Below are positions 21,045 to 30,749 of a stretch of 64,000 nucleotides of DNA, in pieces. The stretch spans positions 102,343 through 166,342 of the forward strand of contig JAKFXN010000001.1 of assembly GCA_021731405.1 (NCBI GenBank), read 5' to 3'. Every line of letters starts with the position of its first letter. Positions within the stretch are counted from its first letter, which is position 1. The notes below the pieces were generated by a model, which searched no databases, was not told where the DNA came from, and worked only from the letters and a program-made list of their open reading frames with translations. Origin of the DNA: Candidatus Parcubacteria bacterium. Lineage in GTDB: Bacteria > Patescibacteriota > Minisyncoccia > Phycocordibacterales > UBA918. Both the position numbers and the translations under genes were made by a program.

Positions 21045-22049
21045 TTAGATTTTAGAAATAATCGCTCGCAACTCTCGAGCGAGAGCCTGTGAATCATGAC
21101 GGATAAGACTACGCTTCATGGCGTCACCAGGAGTAACCGCTGCTAGTTCTCCAGCAATGAGCGGGAGGGCTGTAATGGTACACAGATCGCCTTCACAGTT
21201 ATTTATTACTGGATGATCTCCTTCTGCTTCATACTTTAAGACTAGCTCTTCAGGCATTGGGGCAGTATTGACGAGCACTGTGTCAGGCACCCTCCCAGAA
21301 TACAAAGCGATTTCAGCTAGGTGCTCAGCAGCGTGCATACCGACCGTTTGGCCTTTTTTAGACATGAGATTACAGACGTATACTACATGGGCTTCTGAGG
21401 CCAAAAACGCCTCTTTAAAGCCTTTTGTGATGCAATTTGGGAGAATACTGGTATACAGGTCTCCTGGCCCCAAAACGAGCAAATTGGCGCCTTTTATGGC
21501 CTCAGCCGCTTCGGCTGTTATCCCTGCCTCGGGCGTCAGGGTAAGAGAGACGATTCGCGCGCCTTCTGCCTGTGGACTCGTCTCTTCAATGGCGTGTTGT
21601 CCCATAACTACTGTTCCATCATCGTAGGTGGCAACCAATTCGACATTGTCTGTAGTCACGGGAATCACTCGCCCCGCCACTTTCAAAATACGTGACGCTG
21701 CCTTGATTGCCTCCACTTCACTGCCGAGAATATCGGTCAAAGCAGTTAAAAATAAATTTCCGAAGTTGTGTCCTTCAAGACCGACGCCCTCTGTGAACCG
21801 ATACAAGAAAAGTTGCCGCAACAGTGCATCGTGCTCATCCCCTTCTGCAGCAAGCGCCGTCAGAGCATTTCGCACATCACCAATTGGCAGAAGGCCAAAC
21901 TCGTCACGAAGCCTTCCTGTTGAACCACCAGAATCAGCCATGCTCACAATGGCACTGATATCGAGTTCGTTGGCATAGATGCGCAAACCCCTTAGCACCG
22001 TATGTGTACCTGTACCACCACCAATGACAACGACGCGTTTTTTATTCAT
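21045..22049 (-). CDS. YvcK/CofD-family (UPF0052) gluconeogenesis factor
   Basis: RVVVIGGGTGTHTVLRGL...SMADSGGSTGRLRDEFG. Confidence 0.8.
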   Translation of the reverse strand: MNKKRVVVIGGGTGTHTVLRGLRIYANELDISAIVSMADSGGSTGRLRDEFGLLPIGDVRNALTALAAEGDEHDALLRQLFLYRFTEGVGLEGHNFGNLFLTALTDILGSEVEAIKAASRILKVAGRVIPVTTDNVELVATYDDGTVVMGQHAIEETSPQAEGARIVSLTLTPEAGITAEAAEAIKGANLLVLGPGDLYTSILPNCITKGFKEAFLASEAHVVYVCNLMSKKGQTVGMHAAEHLAEIALYSGRVPDTVLVNTAPMPEELVLKYEAEGDHPVINNCEGDLCTITALPLIAGELAAVTPGDAMKRSLIRHDSQALARELRAIISKI

Positions 22050-22104
22050 GCTCTTTATAACTATCAGCAACTCAAAAAAGTATCTTTACAAACAAGTGAA
22101 CGTA

Positions 22105-23526
22105 TTATGCACTCTTGGTTCTAGGCCAAAGCAAACTCACAAAAGCGAGAAGGAGTAAGCCAATAAAAAGAAGGTAGATGGTACGATTTGCGGTTGACTT
22201 AGTAGCTGTTGCCTCCCCCGCCACTTCATCTGAAGCAATCGAAATCACTTCCGTCTCTTCCTCTTCACTCGCTTCTGCGACTGCCGCTAGGCCAAAGCCA
22301 AAGGTGTCTGAATCAGCAACCTGCGCGAGCGGCACTAAAGACTCCTCCTGCGCTACGGGAGCAATGTCATCTAGGGCCACAGACTTTGTTCCGGCAAAAC
22401 CCACCGCTGGAAGACTCGCTCCTACGAGCTGATTTTTGGTATTATAAAGACCAATCATTTCTTGTCCTCCGTTTGAAACACGACTTGCAGCAATAGTAAT
22501 AGTGCTTAATGAAGCCATAATCGTACGAGGTGGAAAAGTAATGTCTTTTGTACCTCGCAGCGTATATCCCGATATATCAACATCATACTTGGCGTCATTA
22601 TTAACTTGGACAGTACCTGCACTTGTACGAGTGACGGAAAATTTGACTGGCAAAATAGTAATCTCATGCCTGCCTACTTGAACATTCTTTTTATATTCAG
22701 CTCGAACAGTCACGACATAGGTACCTGGATAGGTGTAGGTATGAAATGGATTTTTTCCCTCTCCTACATATGAATCACCGAAGTTCCATTCGTAGCGAAC
22801 TAGTTTTTCAAGCTCATCGTCTACACCTCCCGTCTTTACGTTAAACGGTATGGCTTGGTGCACGTAGGCCACACTTTGCACATCGGGCAGGACGTTCAGT
22901 TTAATTTCTGGATTTTTTAGCCGTATTGAGTCAGAAGATTTATTACTCCGTGAAGAAGAGCTTTTATTTGAGGTTGTGGTTGTGGTTGTGGTAGTAGCTG
23001 TTGTGTTATCAGATTCAACTTCCGGGGCAGGAGCCTCCTCTATACGCCCATTTCCGTTTACTTGCCCTGGGGTGGGTGTATCCGTGACCCAGCCACTGCT
23101 TTGATATTGGGCAGTTTCTTTGGTGATGTTATCACCACCAATATTTTTCCAATCTTCTCCACCAGACACTTGATCAACCACTGCTCCGGCCGCAGTAAGC
23201 AGTGTGAGCGTAGCACCAGTATTTACAAGCGCCCCCGTATAAATAAGAAAGGCTGTCCCAGCGGCTGAGGCATCACTGGTCCGTTCCAAGACAGCGTAAG
23301 AACCAGCCTCAATACTACCGGTAAGCGTAATAGAAAAATTCATCCCATCTTGTAGCACCCAACCGTCTACAGAGACAGAACTGTTGTCATTATTATAGAG
23401 CTCAATCCACTCGTGATTCGCAGAAGCAGCACTACCCATCCAAGCCACTTCATTGATACTTACCGCTGCCGTTACTGACTCAGTACTGAAAAGGAAGAAA
23501 AGGAGTATGTACAGGCAGGTACGCAT
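22105..23526 (-). CDS. Secreted, C-terminally anchored surface protein with lamin-tail domain(s) and a PKD domain
   Basis: Signal peptide; SINEVAWMGSAASANHEWIELYN...VDGWVL (LTD); Thr-rich linker; WNFGDS...HTYTYPGTYVVTV (PKD); second LTD-like; C-terminal TM. Confidence 0.7.
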   Translation of the reverse strand: MRTCLYILLFFLFSTESVTAAVSINEVAWMGSAASANHEWIELYNNDNSSVSVDGWVLQDGMNFSITLTGSIEAGSYAVLERTSDASAAGTAFLIYTGALVNTGATLTLLTAAGAVVDQVSGGEDWKNIGGDNITKETAQYQSSGWVTDTPTPGQVNGNGRIEEAPAPEVESDNTTATTTTTTTTSNKSSSSRSNKSSDSIRLKNPEIKLNVLPDVQSVAYVHQAIPFNVKTGGVDDELEKLVRYEWNFGDSYVGEGKNPFHTYTYPGTYVVTVRAEYKKNVQVGRHEITILPVKFSVTRTSAGTVQVNNDAKYDVDISGYTLRGTKDITFPPRTIMASLSTITIAASRVSNGGQEMIGLYNTKNQLVGASLPAVGFAGTKSVALDDIAPVAQEESLVPLAQVADSDTFGFGLAAVAEASEEEETEVISIASDEVAGEATATKSTANRTIYLLFIGLLLLAFVSLLWPRTKSA

Positions 23527-23538
23527 AGGGGTAATTAG

Positions 23539-25533
23539 TTATGAGGCAAATGGCGAACGTTCCGTGTTTGGCTCTTTAAAAAGACGTTCGATTTTTTTGG
23601 CATTGAGTGGATCATCTGCCTGACTTTCCGGCCGCTGCTCTAAGTCATTAAACGCGGCTTCAGCCTCTGCCGCCAGCTGCTCAAGCTCAGCTCTTCCTGG
23701 CTGCTCTGGTACTACCGACTGCGGCACAAAGGGATTTTGTGTTTGTACAACAGCAATCTTTTCTTCATGTACAGTATCAACTGTCTCCCGCACAATACTG
23801 GTTTTTGTCGTTTCAGCTAGCCCTTTTGGCTCTACTTGTTTAAGCACCTCAGCTAGAGCGGAGCGTAAATGTGACGGTTCATTTTTAGTTGCGTTGACTA
23901 CTTGGTTTTCGTTTTTTGTTTTTTTGACTGTCTCAGCTTCACTTATCTTAGCGAGCACAGAACGCAAATCTGCTGGAGTTCGGGCTGGCTTCAATGCTTT
24001 GTGTTTTGCTTCATGGTCTTTGTGAGGTTCGCGGTTTTTGTCTCGCTCCAAAGGACGTCGTTCAGGCACAGCAACAACAACTGGCGCAGAGAGGCCTCCT
24101 TGTGGTCGAACCTGAGGAGTTGGCGAACTTATCGGTTTAGAAAAATCTGGCACCGGTTGAACTGGTGTAGGTTTGGGTGCTGGTGTATTTGATTCAAACT
24201 GTCGTGGTGGGTTTTGTTTTTTAACCACCGGCTCAGCTTTTATTGGTGTATGAAGATCGGTAATAATTTTTTCTACCGCTGCTCGATCTATGGTGAAATT
24301 TTTTCGACTTGCAGCCACCACCATTCCTTTGCACGACATATGTGGGCGCTCAACCGGTGGCAGTGTTACCGCCGAAAATGGCTGCGAGCCAATCCCGTCT
24401 ATCATAAGGGTCAGATAAATCTGTGCAAATCCAAGGTTTACCAAGTCGGTTGCCAAAAACCGTGGAGTGAATACGGTCTCCAGCACCTCAGCATCAAAAG
24501 GACCAACCCTGAACGATACCGTCGTACCAACGTTACCAAAAACAGCATCGCGCACCTCCTCTTCCATCTGCTCAATATACTGGTGAGCGATAATGAGGTT
24601 AAGGTGATACTTACGGGCTTCAGAGAGGATATTGGCAAACGTAGCATTAGCAAAGGACTGGAATTCATCAACATAAAAATAAAAGTTCGGCATTGAACGC
24701 ATCTGCTCTACTGGTAAATCAGCGCGACTCATAGCAGCGAGATAGATACGGGTGGTAAGCATTGAACCAAGCAGGTTGGCGTTGGTTTCACCTACAAGAC
24801 CTTTAGACAAGTTCATGATGAGGATTTTTTTCTCATCCATGATTTTTCGAATATCAAAACTTGAATGGGGTTGCCCAATGATATTACGAATCAGAGGGTT
24901 ACCGGTAAACTGTCCAATTTTGTTTTGAATAGCTGGCAGAGCCTCCGCCGCAAAGCGATCAGTGTAGTTGGCGAACTCCTCAGTCCAAAACGCTTTTACT
25001 GCTGGATCCTTACAATAATTCACCACCTGGGTACGATAGGCTTTATCTGAAAAAAGCCGATTCACTGAAAGCAGGGTCGTGTCTGGATACTCAATCAAAA
25101 CCAAAAGAGCGTTGGTGAGAATGTACTCCATACGAGCACTCCAAGCATCTACCCAAATCTTCTTAAAAGTAGACATAAGGCCCGAAACCACCAAGTGACG
25201 CTTGTCTGGACCAACGTCCTCCATCACGTTAAAAGAAACGGGATTGTTCAAATCAAACGGCGCAAAATACACCACGTCATTAATTCGGTGTTCAGGCACA
25301 TAATCAAGCAGCGTCTCTGCCGCAGAACCGTGTGGGTCGATAAAGGCCATCCCTTCGCCATTTTGAATATCCTGCGCTGCCATGTTTTCAAGCAGCGTCG
25401 ACTTACCCATACCCGTCTTCCCCACCACGTACATGTGTCGCTGCCTATCTTTGGCTTTAATACCAAAAGGTATCTGTCGCCCCCGAGCGTCAGTTTTTGC
25501 AAAAAAGGTAATTTTTTCTGGATCAAAACCCAT
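23539..25533 (-). CDS. Soluble type IV secretion coupling-protein-like ATPase (TraD/TraG/VirD4 family)
   Basis: Walker A VVGKTGMGKST followed by FIDPHG (DPKG-like motif of T4CPs); no N-terminal TMs; ~240-aa Pro/Lys/Glu-rich disordered C-terminus. Confidence 0.6.
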   Translation of the reverse strand: MGFDPEKITFFAKTDARGRQIPFGIKAKDRQRHMYVVGKTGMGKSTLLENMAAQDIQNGEGMAFIDPHGSAAETLLDYVPEHRINDVVYFAPFDLNNPVSFNVMEDVGPDKRHLVVSGLMSTFKKIWVDAWSARMEYILTNALLVLIEYPDTTLLSVNRLFSDKAYRTQVVNYCKDPAVKAFWTEEFANYTDRFAAEALPAIQNKIGQFTGNPLIRNIIGQPHSSFDIRKIMDEKKILIMNLSKGLVGETNANLLGSMLTTRIYLAAMSRADLPVEQMRSMPNFYFYVDEFQSFANATFANILSEARKYHLNLIIAHQYIEQMEEEVRDAVFGNVGTTVSFRVGPFDAEVLETVFTPRFLATDLVNLGFAQIYLTLMIDGIGSQPFSAVTLPPVERPHMSCKGMVVAASRKNFTIDRAAVEKIITDLHTPIKAEPVVKKQNPPRQFESNTPAPKPTPVQPVPDFSKPISSPTPQVRPQGGLSAPVVVAVPERRPLERDKNREPHKDHEAKHKALKPARTPADLRSVLAKISEAETVKKTKNENQVVNATKNEPSHLRSALAEVLKQVEPKGLAETTKTSIVRETVDTVHEEKIAVVQTQNPFVPQSVVPEQPGRAELEQLAAEAEAAFNDLEQRPESQADDPLNAKKIERLFKEPNTERSPFAS

Positions 25534-25600
25534 ATATAGAAATAAGTATAGCAAATAAAAGCCCCAGCACCTTGCGGTGCTGGGACTTTTGTCTTATCTA

Positions 25601-25918
25601 TTATTCACTGGCTTTTTTCTTTGCGTTTGCAATTGCCTCAAGAGTCAACAAAGCAGCTTCGTCTCTATCTGCTTCTGCCTTTAATGCTTTTTGAATAATT
25701 TCCATTTCTGTATCTGGATCTCGCACTAGGTTATCAAAGATATTTGAGTAGATGTGATGACCTTCTGTGGCTTCCATTTTTTCCAAACCGTCTCTGTCAC
25801 CTTCCGTGTGTTTAATGCGTAGTTTTTCGATACCCATACAAAGTGTATTAGCTACTAAAGCGTTCTTCGGCATACCGCAATAACTCCACCACGTCTGCAT
25901 TCCGATTCTCTGAGCCAA
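25601..25918 (-). CDS. Hypothetical protein
   Basis: 105-aa acidic ORF; overlaps 3' end of upstream gene so true start may be internal; followed by hairpin+U-tract terminator (~25558-25590). Confidence 0.25.
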   Translation of the reverse strand: MAQRIGMQTWWSYCGMPKNALVANTLCMGIEKLRIKHTEGDRDGLEKMEATEGHHIYSNIFDNLVRDPDTEMEIIQKALKAEADRDEAALLTLEAIANAKKKASE

Positions 25919-27341
25919 GAATAATAATCGCCACCACTCTCGTAGTTCCCTTCACGTTAATTGTATGAAGAGTGAGTGAGGTTTGTCCAGCAGCAATCGT
26001 CTCTCCTACCTTGCCCCCAATAAAGTTTTCTAAATCCTCTACTTTATTAAAATTCACTAATTCACCAAACTCTCCACCGACATAGTCAGTTTTAATATTT
26101 TGGTTGGCGGTCAGTTCCAGGATAAAGCTTCGATTGGTGTAGATGTATTGTGCCAAACGAAGAAGATCACTCAAAGACGAGGTATTTTCAGCGCTTAAAC
26201 CTGACGGGTCAGCAAAATGTGAGTCCACCATACCAAGGGCGAGTGCCTTCTCATTCATCTTAGCCACAAAGCTCTCTTGCCCGAGCTGCGCCGCTATCAC
26301 TTCAGCCGCTTCATTTGAGGATTCTACTAACAATAGCTGCAGTAAGCTGTACATGGAAACACGACTTCTATCACCCAGCCGAGGAACAAGAGACTGTACA
26401 AAGGTGGGTTCGTTTACAAACACATAACTATCGAGATTGATGTACTCTGCCGCCACAAGCGCTGTCATCAGCTTTGCTACTGAGGCTATAGGCGCAACCG
26501 TGGTAAGGTCACTTGAAGCGAGGACGGTACTGCTTTCGACATCAGCAATCAAATAGTGTGGGGTTTTGAGCTCAGGGATTTTTGGTTCGTAGACAAACTG
26601 ATCTTCCTCAAAAGACGCTTCGTGTACGAGCACAGGGATACCTTCCCTTACTATTTTATATAAGCGTTCTGCATCTTCTGTTTCAAGGCGAATTCCACCA
26701 ATTGCTTCGTCACTATCGACAAGCGTCCCGTCCGCAAACTCAGGCCAGCCGTGAATAAAGAAATTGCCTTGAAACATAATTGTCCACGGCTGATACATCT
26801 GTCCCAGGTTCGAGAAGTATTGTTCTTTTTTATTTTCTACCTGATATAAACCAGCTGGGGTTTCCCACCACGTACCGCGCTCGCCCTTTGCCAGTATTTC
26901 CATACTCTCAGTTAAGACGCCAGCTTCAAAATAACGCAGCTGCATTTGGGTTAAATCGACTTCAATAAAATCCGCTTCCGCTTCAACAAAAGCTTCTCGT
27001 GTTTCTTTAAAGAAAGTTGGTTGGGCAAGCGCAATTTGTACACCGTAGTTGAGCGGCTTAAGTATTGTTGCTTCCCCTGTCCCTACCGACACCTGCATAG
27101 CCGGAGCGCTGGCCACCGACGCCAGAGACTGGACGCCGAGCATACTGGCCGACAAAATAAAAACCATCACAGAAAGCGGAATTAAAAGTGCAGCTGCGTA
27201 CGTATCAATTTTTTTAAGCGCTTTCCTGCTTGCGCTCGGGGCTTTTTTGGGGCGCGGAATAAGCATCCCATTGCCGGGAGTTGGAATATCTTCTTCATGT
27301 CGCACAGCGTAAAACCGACGAGTCGATGTTTCGTCTCTCAT
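25848..27341 (-). CDS. Fusion protein: L,D-transpeptidase-like (YkuD) domain plus S11 D-Ala-D-Ala carboxypeptidase
   Basis: N-terminal membrane anchor; IHGWPEF...AIGGIRLETED (YkuD-like, Cys position is Gly); C-terminal SVAKLMT (SxxK), SSN, KVG motifs. Confidence 0.65.
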   Translation of the reverse strand: MRDETSTRRFYAVRHEEDIPTPGNGMLIPRPKKAPSASRKALKKIDTYAAALLIPLSVMVFILSASMLGVQSLASVASAPAMQVSVGTGEATILKPLNYGVQIALAQPTFFKETREAFVEAEADFIEVDLTQMQLRYFEAGVLTESMEILAKGERGTWWETPAGLYQVENKKEQYFSNLGQMYQPWTIMFQGNFFIHGWPEFADGTLVDSDEAIGGIRLETEDAERLYKIVREGIPVLVHEASFEEDQFVYEPKIPELKTPHYLIADVESSTVLASSDLTTVAPIASVAKLMTALVAAEYINLDSYVFVNEPTFVQSLVPRLGDRSRVSMYSLLQLLLVESSNEAAEVIAAQLGQESFVAKMNEKALALGMVDSHFADPSGLSAENTSSLSDLLRLAQYIYTNRSFILELTANQNIKTDYVGGEFGELVNFNKVEDLENFIGGKVGETIAAGQTSLTLHTINVKGTTRVVAIIILGSENRNADVVELLRYAEERFSS

Positions 27342-27400
27342 ACCATACTAATCATACAGTACAAGTTGCTGTATATAGGGCTTTTTAGCCACAACTTAGA

Positions 27401-28726
27401 CTACTCTAGGGCTACTTCGTACGTCTCAGGTGCCAAGAGTGCACCCTTGGTATATATATTTGAAGGTGCCCATATCATCCACGACATTACCCCAGCATCA
27501 TAACTCGCCTGTATCTGGGTTCGTACTTCCGCTACATCGTAGTTACCCCCATAATCAAAATCTTGTATCCAAGTACGAAGTCGATCACCGGTAAAAACTG
27601 GCTTGGTATACACCGCCGGTGTTGAGGTACCAACTCGCTCATGCTTAAAGCCTGCCATGCGCGTGGTACTAGCTTGCATACGCGCAACGCCTGAAGACAT
27701 CGCATGGTACACAATCTTGTACGGCACAAGGTTTGGGTCACCAAGTCCGAGGTAATCATCCGGATAATGTGAGGGATATACCATCGGCGCAATAAAATCA
27801 AAGTATGGAGCAGCACGCTCCTGTACTTGTCCGATAGACAGGTCGTCAAAGTTGGTGGTAGTCATCCCGAAGAGGTCAGCTGAAGTCCATGGTGTTGGAA
27901 CAGTGCGACCAGTATTTTCGTGTCGATACTTAGCAAAGCGCGCTGGGTCATCAAGCGCTTTATTGAGGTATTCAAAAAACGCTTCGAGATTTGCTTGTTT
28001 GTCCCCTGGCCATTCACTGCCGTTGGTGTGCGGGAATGAGATGTCTTGCATATTTCCGTCACTTGGATAACGCACATAGTCGAAGTTGAGTTCATCAAAA
28101 CCAAGGTTGTAGGAATCAATTGAAAGATTAATGATATGTTCCCAGTACTCGCGAGCAGCCACATCAATAAACGAAAGTCCTTTACCATCTTTCCAGACAG
28201 TTACTCCGTCGCTCTTTTTTACCGCTAAGTGCGGAAATCGCTGTGCATGAAAAGGATCTTGAAATACCGTAATACGTCCAATGACAAAAATATTTTGCTC
28301 GTGGAGCTCGGCTACAAGCTCACGCATATCCCTCGCTCCACAACGAGCGTCCGCCCAAGCTGGTTGCCACTCGGCATGGTCTGGGGAAAATGAAATTGTG
28401 CCTGAATAATCTTTGATATCAATGATGACACTATTTATTTCGGTCTCACTCATAAGCTTGAGAAGTTTCTCACGGAAGCTTGGCGTGCCAGCGACACAGG
28501 AAGTCATGTATATCGCCTTCACCTGAGGCGGTAGTGGGACATGTTTCACTGCCTCGCGTGTATCTGGTGGAGTACTTTCTGCCTGCTCTGCCGCACGAGA
28601 CTCACCTTCTGCCATTTGCGCAGTTGCTTTTTGGTACGACAAATCAGCGCGTGGAATAGACGTGTAGCTGAGGACTGCAAGCAGTCCTACAAATACCATG
28701 AGACCGATACTCACGTGTTTATGCAT
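27401..28726 (-). CDS. Putative glycoside hydrolase-like TIM-barrel protein (GHL10/DUF4015-like)
   Basis: N-terminal signal anchor; VKAIYMTSCVAGTPSFREKLL...SVIIDIKDYSG. Confidence 0.5.
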   Translation of the reverse strand: MHKHVSIGLMVFVGLLAVLSYTSIPRADLSYQKATAQMAEGESRAAEQAESTPPDTREAVKHVPLPPQVKAIYMTSCVAGTPSFREKLLKLMSETEINSVIIDIKDYSGTISFSPDHAEWQPAWADARCGARDMRELVAELHEQNIFVIGRITVFQDPFHAQRFPHLAVKKSDGVTVWKDGKGLSFIDVAAREYWEHIINLSIDSYNLGFDELNFDYVRYPSDGNMQDISFPHTNGSEWPGDKQANLEAFFEYLNKALDDPARFAKYRHENTGRTVPTPWTSADLFGMTTTNFDDLSIGQVQERAAPYFDFIAPMVYPSHYPDDYLGLGDPNLVPYKIVYHAMSSGVARMQASTTRMAGFKHERVGTSTPAVYTKPVFTGDRLRTWIQDFDYGGNYDVAEVRTQIQASYDAGVMSWMIWAPSNIYTKGALLAPETYEVALE

Positions 28727-28733
28727 AATAGTT

Positions 28734-28994
28734 CTATTGTAACTCTCTCTCGGTGAAGAGTTGTTTGGTTGTCTCCATAAATGAACCGTCTCCTCGTTCC
28801 CCATTTCCGTGATCAATCCGAGCAAAGTAGAGCGCTCGACGGAGCATGTACCCAATCAAAATAAGAAATCCACCAGCCCCAGCAATTGCGAATTGTTTCC
28901 AGTCTTCGGGAATACCAAGAAATGGTAAGAGTGTCAGGATGATGCCAATGCAAAATACGAGCGTTTCTTTAGACATACTAGGAGTATACCCCAC
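28734..28994 (-). CDS. Small 2-TM membrane protein
   Basis: 86 aa, two hydrophobic helices. Confidence 0.3.
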   Translation of the reverse strand: MGYTPSMSKETLVFCIGIILTLLPFLGIPEDWKQFAIAGAGGFLILIGYMLRRALYFARIDHGNGERGDGSFMETTKQLFTERELQ

Positions 28995-29104
28995 ACTATC
29001 TTTAAAACCAAAATGTGGACTACAAAGACCATGATATTTACATTTAACAATAGAAAAACCCAGACCTGACGGTCTGGGTTTCTTGGAGGAGCGAACGACG
29101 TTCG

Positions 29105-29410
29105 CTAATGGTTGCCCGCGAAGCGCGGGACATTCACCGGATACGGCACGATCGGTGACAGCATCATGTTCGGCCGCTGTTGCTGCTGAACCCGAACCCT
29201 CGGCTCAGAGGGTAAACAAGCGGCACCAAGGCCGTGTTTTTTCATCGCCTCAAAAAGTTTGAGGTACCGCACTTCAATGCCGGGTTTGGGCGTTTGACCA
29301 GCTTGCAATTCGCGAGCCCGGTTTACACCAATCTCTGTCACTACTGCCTGCACCTGAGACTTGAGCTCATGAAGCGTGAGTCCCGAGTAATCATCAACAA
29401 CTGCTGCCAT
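29105..29410 (-). CDS. Hypothetical protein (GC-rich, SD-preceded)
   Basis: GGAGGTG 7 nt upstream of ATG; higher GC than neighbours; hairpin terminator downstream (~29054-29086). Confidence 0.3.
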   Translation of the reverse strand: MAAVVDDYSGLTLHELKSQVQAVVTEIGVNRARELQAGQTPKPGIEVRYLKLFEAMKKHGLGAACLPSEPRVRVQQQQRPNMMLSPIVPYPVNVPRFAGNH

Positions 29411-29481
29411 AACGAAACACCTCCAAAATAGGTATGAGGAACAAAAAGACAGCCCACATCATACAAGGCTATAGCTTATTG

Positions 29482-30168
29482 TCAACGACAGTCCACCAAC
29501 ACCACGTATTCGCCTCGAACCTTATCGGGATGGTCTATAAAGTAGGTCAAAACTTCCTCCGCACTACCAGAAACTAATTCTTCAAATAGCTTGGTAATTT
29601 CACGCGCAACAATTACTTTTGTCTCCGTTGGAAGTGTCTCCTTGAGCGATTCGAGCGCCTTCATAATACGATGCGGCGATTCGAAGAAAATAACTGGGTG
29701 GTCGTAGTTTTCTAAATCTTTAAAAAAAGTTTGTCTTCCCTTCTTTTGTGGCACAAAGCCTAAAAATGAAAATTGATTACCAGCCAGTCCAGCGATAGAA
29801 AAAGCAGCGGTGACAGCCGAAGCGCCAGGAACGGCATCAATGCGGATACCACCAATCTCACGCAACTTCTCAACTAAGAATACGCCAGGGTCAGAAACTC
29901 CAGGCGTACCGGCGTCAGACACTAGCGCTATTTGTTTACCAGCTTCTATATCAGCCACCACTTCGGCATGAACTTTTTCACTCGTGTGGGCATCATAGCG
30001 TTTGAGGATGGTTTTAATATCATAGTGCTTGAGGAGGTTGCCAGTCACGCGCGTATCTTCACAGAGTACGTAGTCTACTTCACTCAAAATACGTAGCGCG
30101 CGCATTGTAATATCCTCCATGTTTCCAATGGGGGTAGCGACTACGAAGAGTGTTCCGACTTTTGACAT
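29482..30168 (-). CDS. rsmI: 16S rRNA (cytidine1402-2'-O)-methyltransferase RsmI
   Basis: LFVVATPIGNMEDITMRALRILSEVDYVLCEDTRVTGNLL; tetrapyrrole-methylase fold. Confidence 0.85.
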   Translation of the reverse strand: MSKVGTLFVVATPIGNMEDITMRALRILSEVDYVLCEDTRVTGNLLKHYDIKTILKRYDAHTSEKVHAEVVADIEAGKQIALVSDAGTPGVSDPGVFLVEKLREIGGIRIDAVPGASAVTAAFSIAGLAGNQFSFLGFVPQKKGRQTFFKDLENYDHPVIFFESPHRIMKALESLKETLPTETKVIVAREITKLFEELVSGSAEEVLTYFIDHPDKVRGEYVVLVDCR

Positions 30169-30237
30169 AGCCCTAAGCTATCATTCATCGAGGCAAATGA
30201 AAAGGCGGGGCATAAATGCTCCCGCCTTTTGTATGGC

Positions 30238-30687
30238 TCACATCTTGAGGAAGTCAGCCTCGTGCTCGGCAGCAATGCTGCGAACAAAATCCAAATGCTT
30301 TTTGAGCGGCACCACTTCTCCCATAGGAGGAATGATGGGTGTGTGCTCACAGTCTTTATCACGCTCTGTGATAGCAAGCTGCAAGAACATGCGGCTCTTG
30401 GCGTCCGAAAAGGTCGGCGCCGGCACGAGGACGTACTGGAAGGGTACCTTCCCACGCCGGAGACTTTGTCCCAGTTTTGCGGCCTTGCGGACGCGCCACC
30501 AGGTACGAAGGCCGGGTTTATTTTTCTTGTTGAGGCGAGCCCCAATCACCGCCACGACGAGAGGCTTGTTGCCTTTGTTTGTGGCCGTGAGGTTCAAAAA
30601 CCATGCCAAAAACCCCTGATTTTCTTTTTTGTCGGGATGAGAACCCACCACTTCCACCACCAAGGGCTCTTCAGTTTGATTTGCCAC
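30238..30687 (-). CDS. Hypothetical basic protein (GTG start, SD-preceded)
   Basis: 149 aa between murC and rsmI, same strand; AGGAG 8 nt upstream of GTG; overlapping antisense ORFs judged spurious. Confidence 0.3.
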   Translation of the reverse strand: MANQTEEPLVVEVVGSHPDKKENQGFLAWFLNLTATNKGNKPLVVAVIGARLNKKNKPGLRTWWRVRKAAKLGQSLRRGKVPFQYVLVPAPTFSDAKSRMFLQLAITERDKDCEHTPIIPPMGEVVPLKKHLDFVRSIAAEHEADFLKM

Positions 30688-30749
30688 AGCAGACTCCTGT
30701 ATTTGATATTTATAGAACGAAAACCAGCTTTTAATATACTATATTAAAG

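Noticed and set aside
23902-25539. Antisense ORFs (23902-24192, 24214-24696, 25195-25539 and others) inside the T4CP-like gene
   Set aside because: Embedded in a gene with strong ATPase motifs; Cys/Arg/Trp-rich, no start context
25601-25918. Frameshifted extension of the Ldt::PBP fusion gene
   Set aside because: The two ORFs are in different frames with a 70-nt overlap but the upstream gene ends in a complete PBP5-like domain; more likely an independent small gene with an internal start
30119-30747. + strand ORFs 30119-30619 and 30229-30747 and minus ORF 30141-30545 overlapping the 30238-30687 gene
   Set aside because: Only the minus 149-aa frame is co-oriented with murC/rsmI and has an SD; the others have Arg/Cys-rich junk composition typical of antisense GC-rich frames
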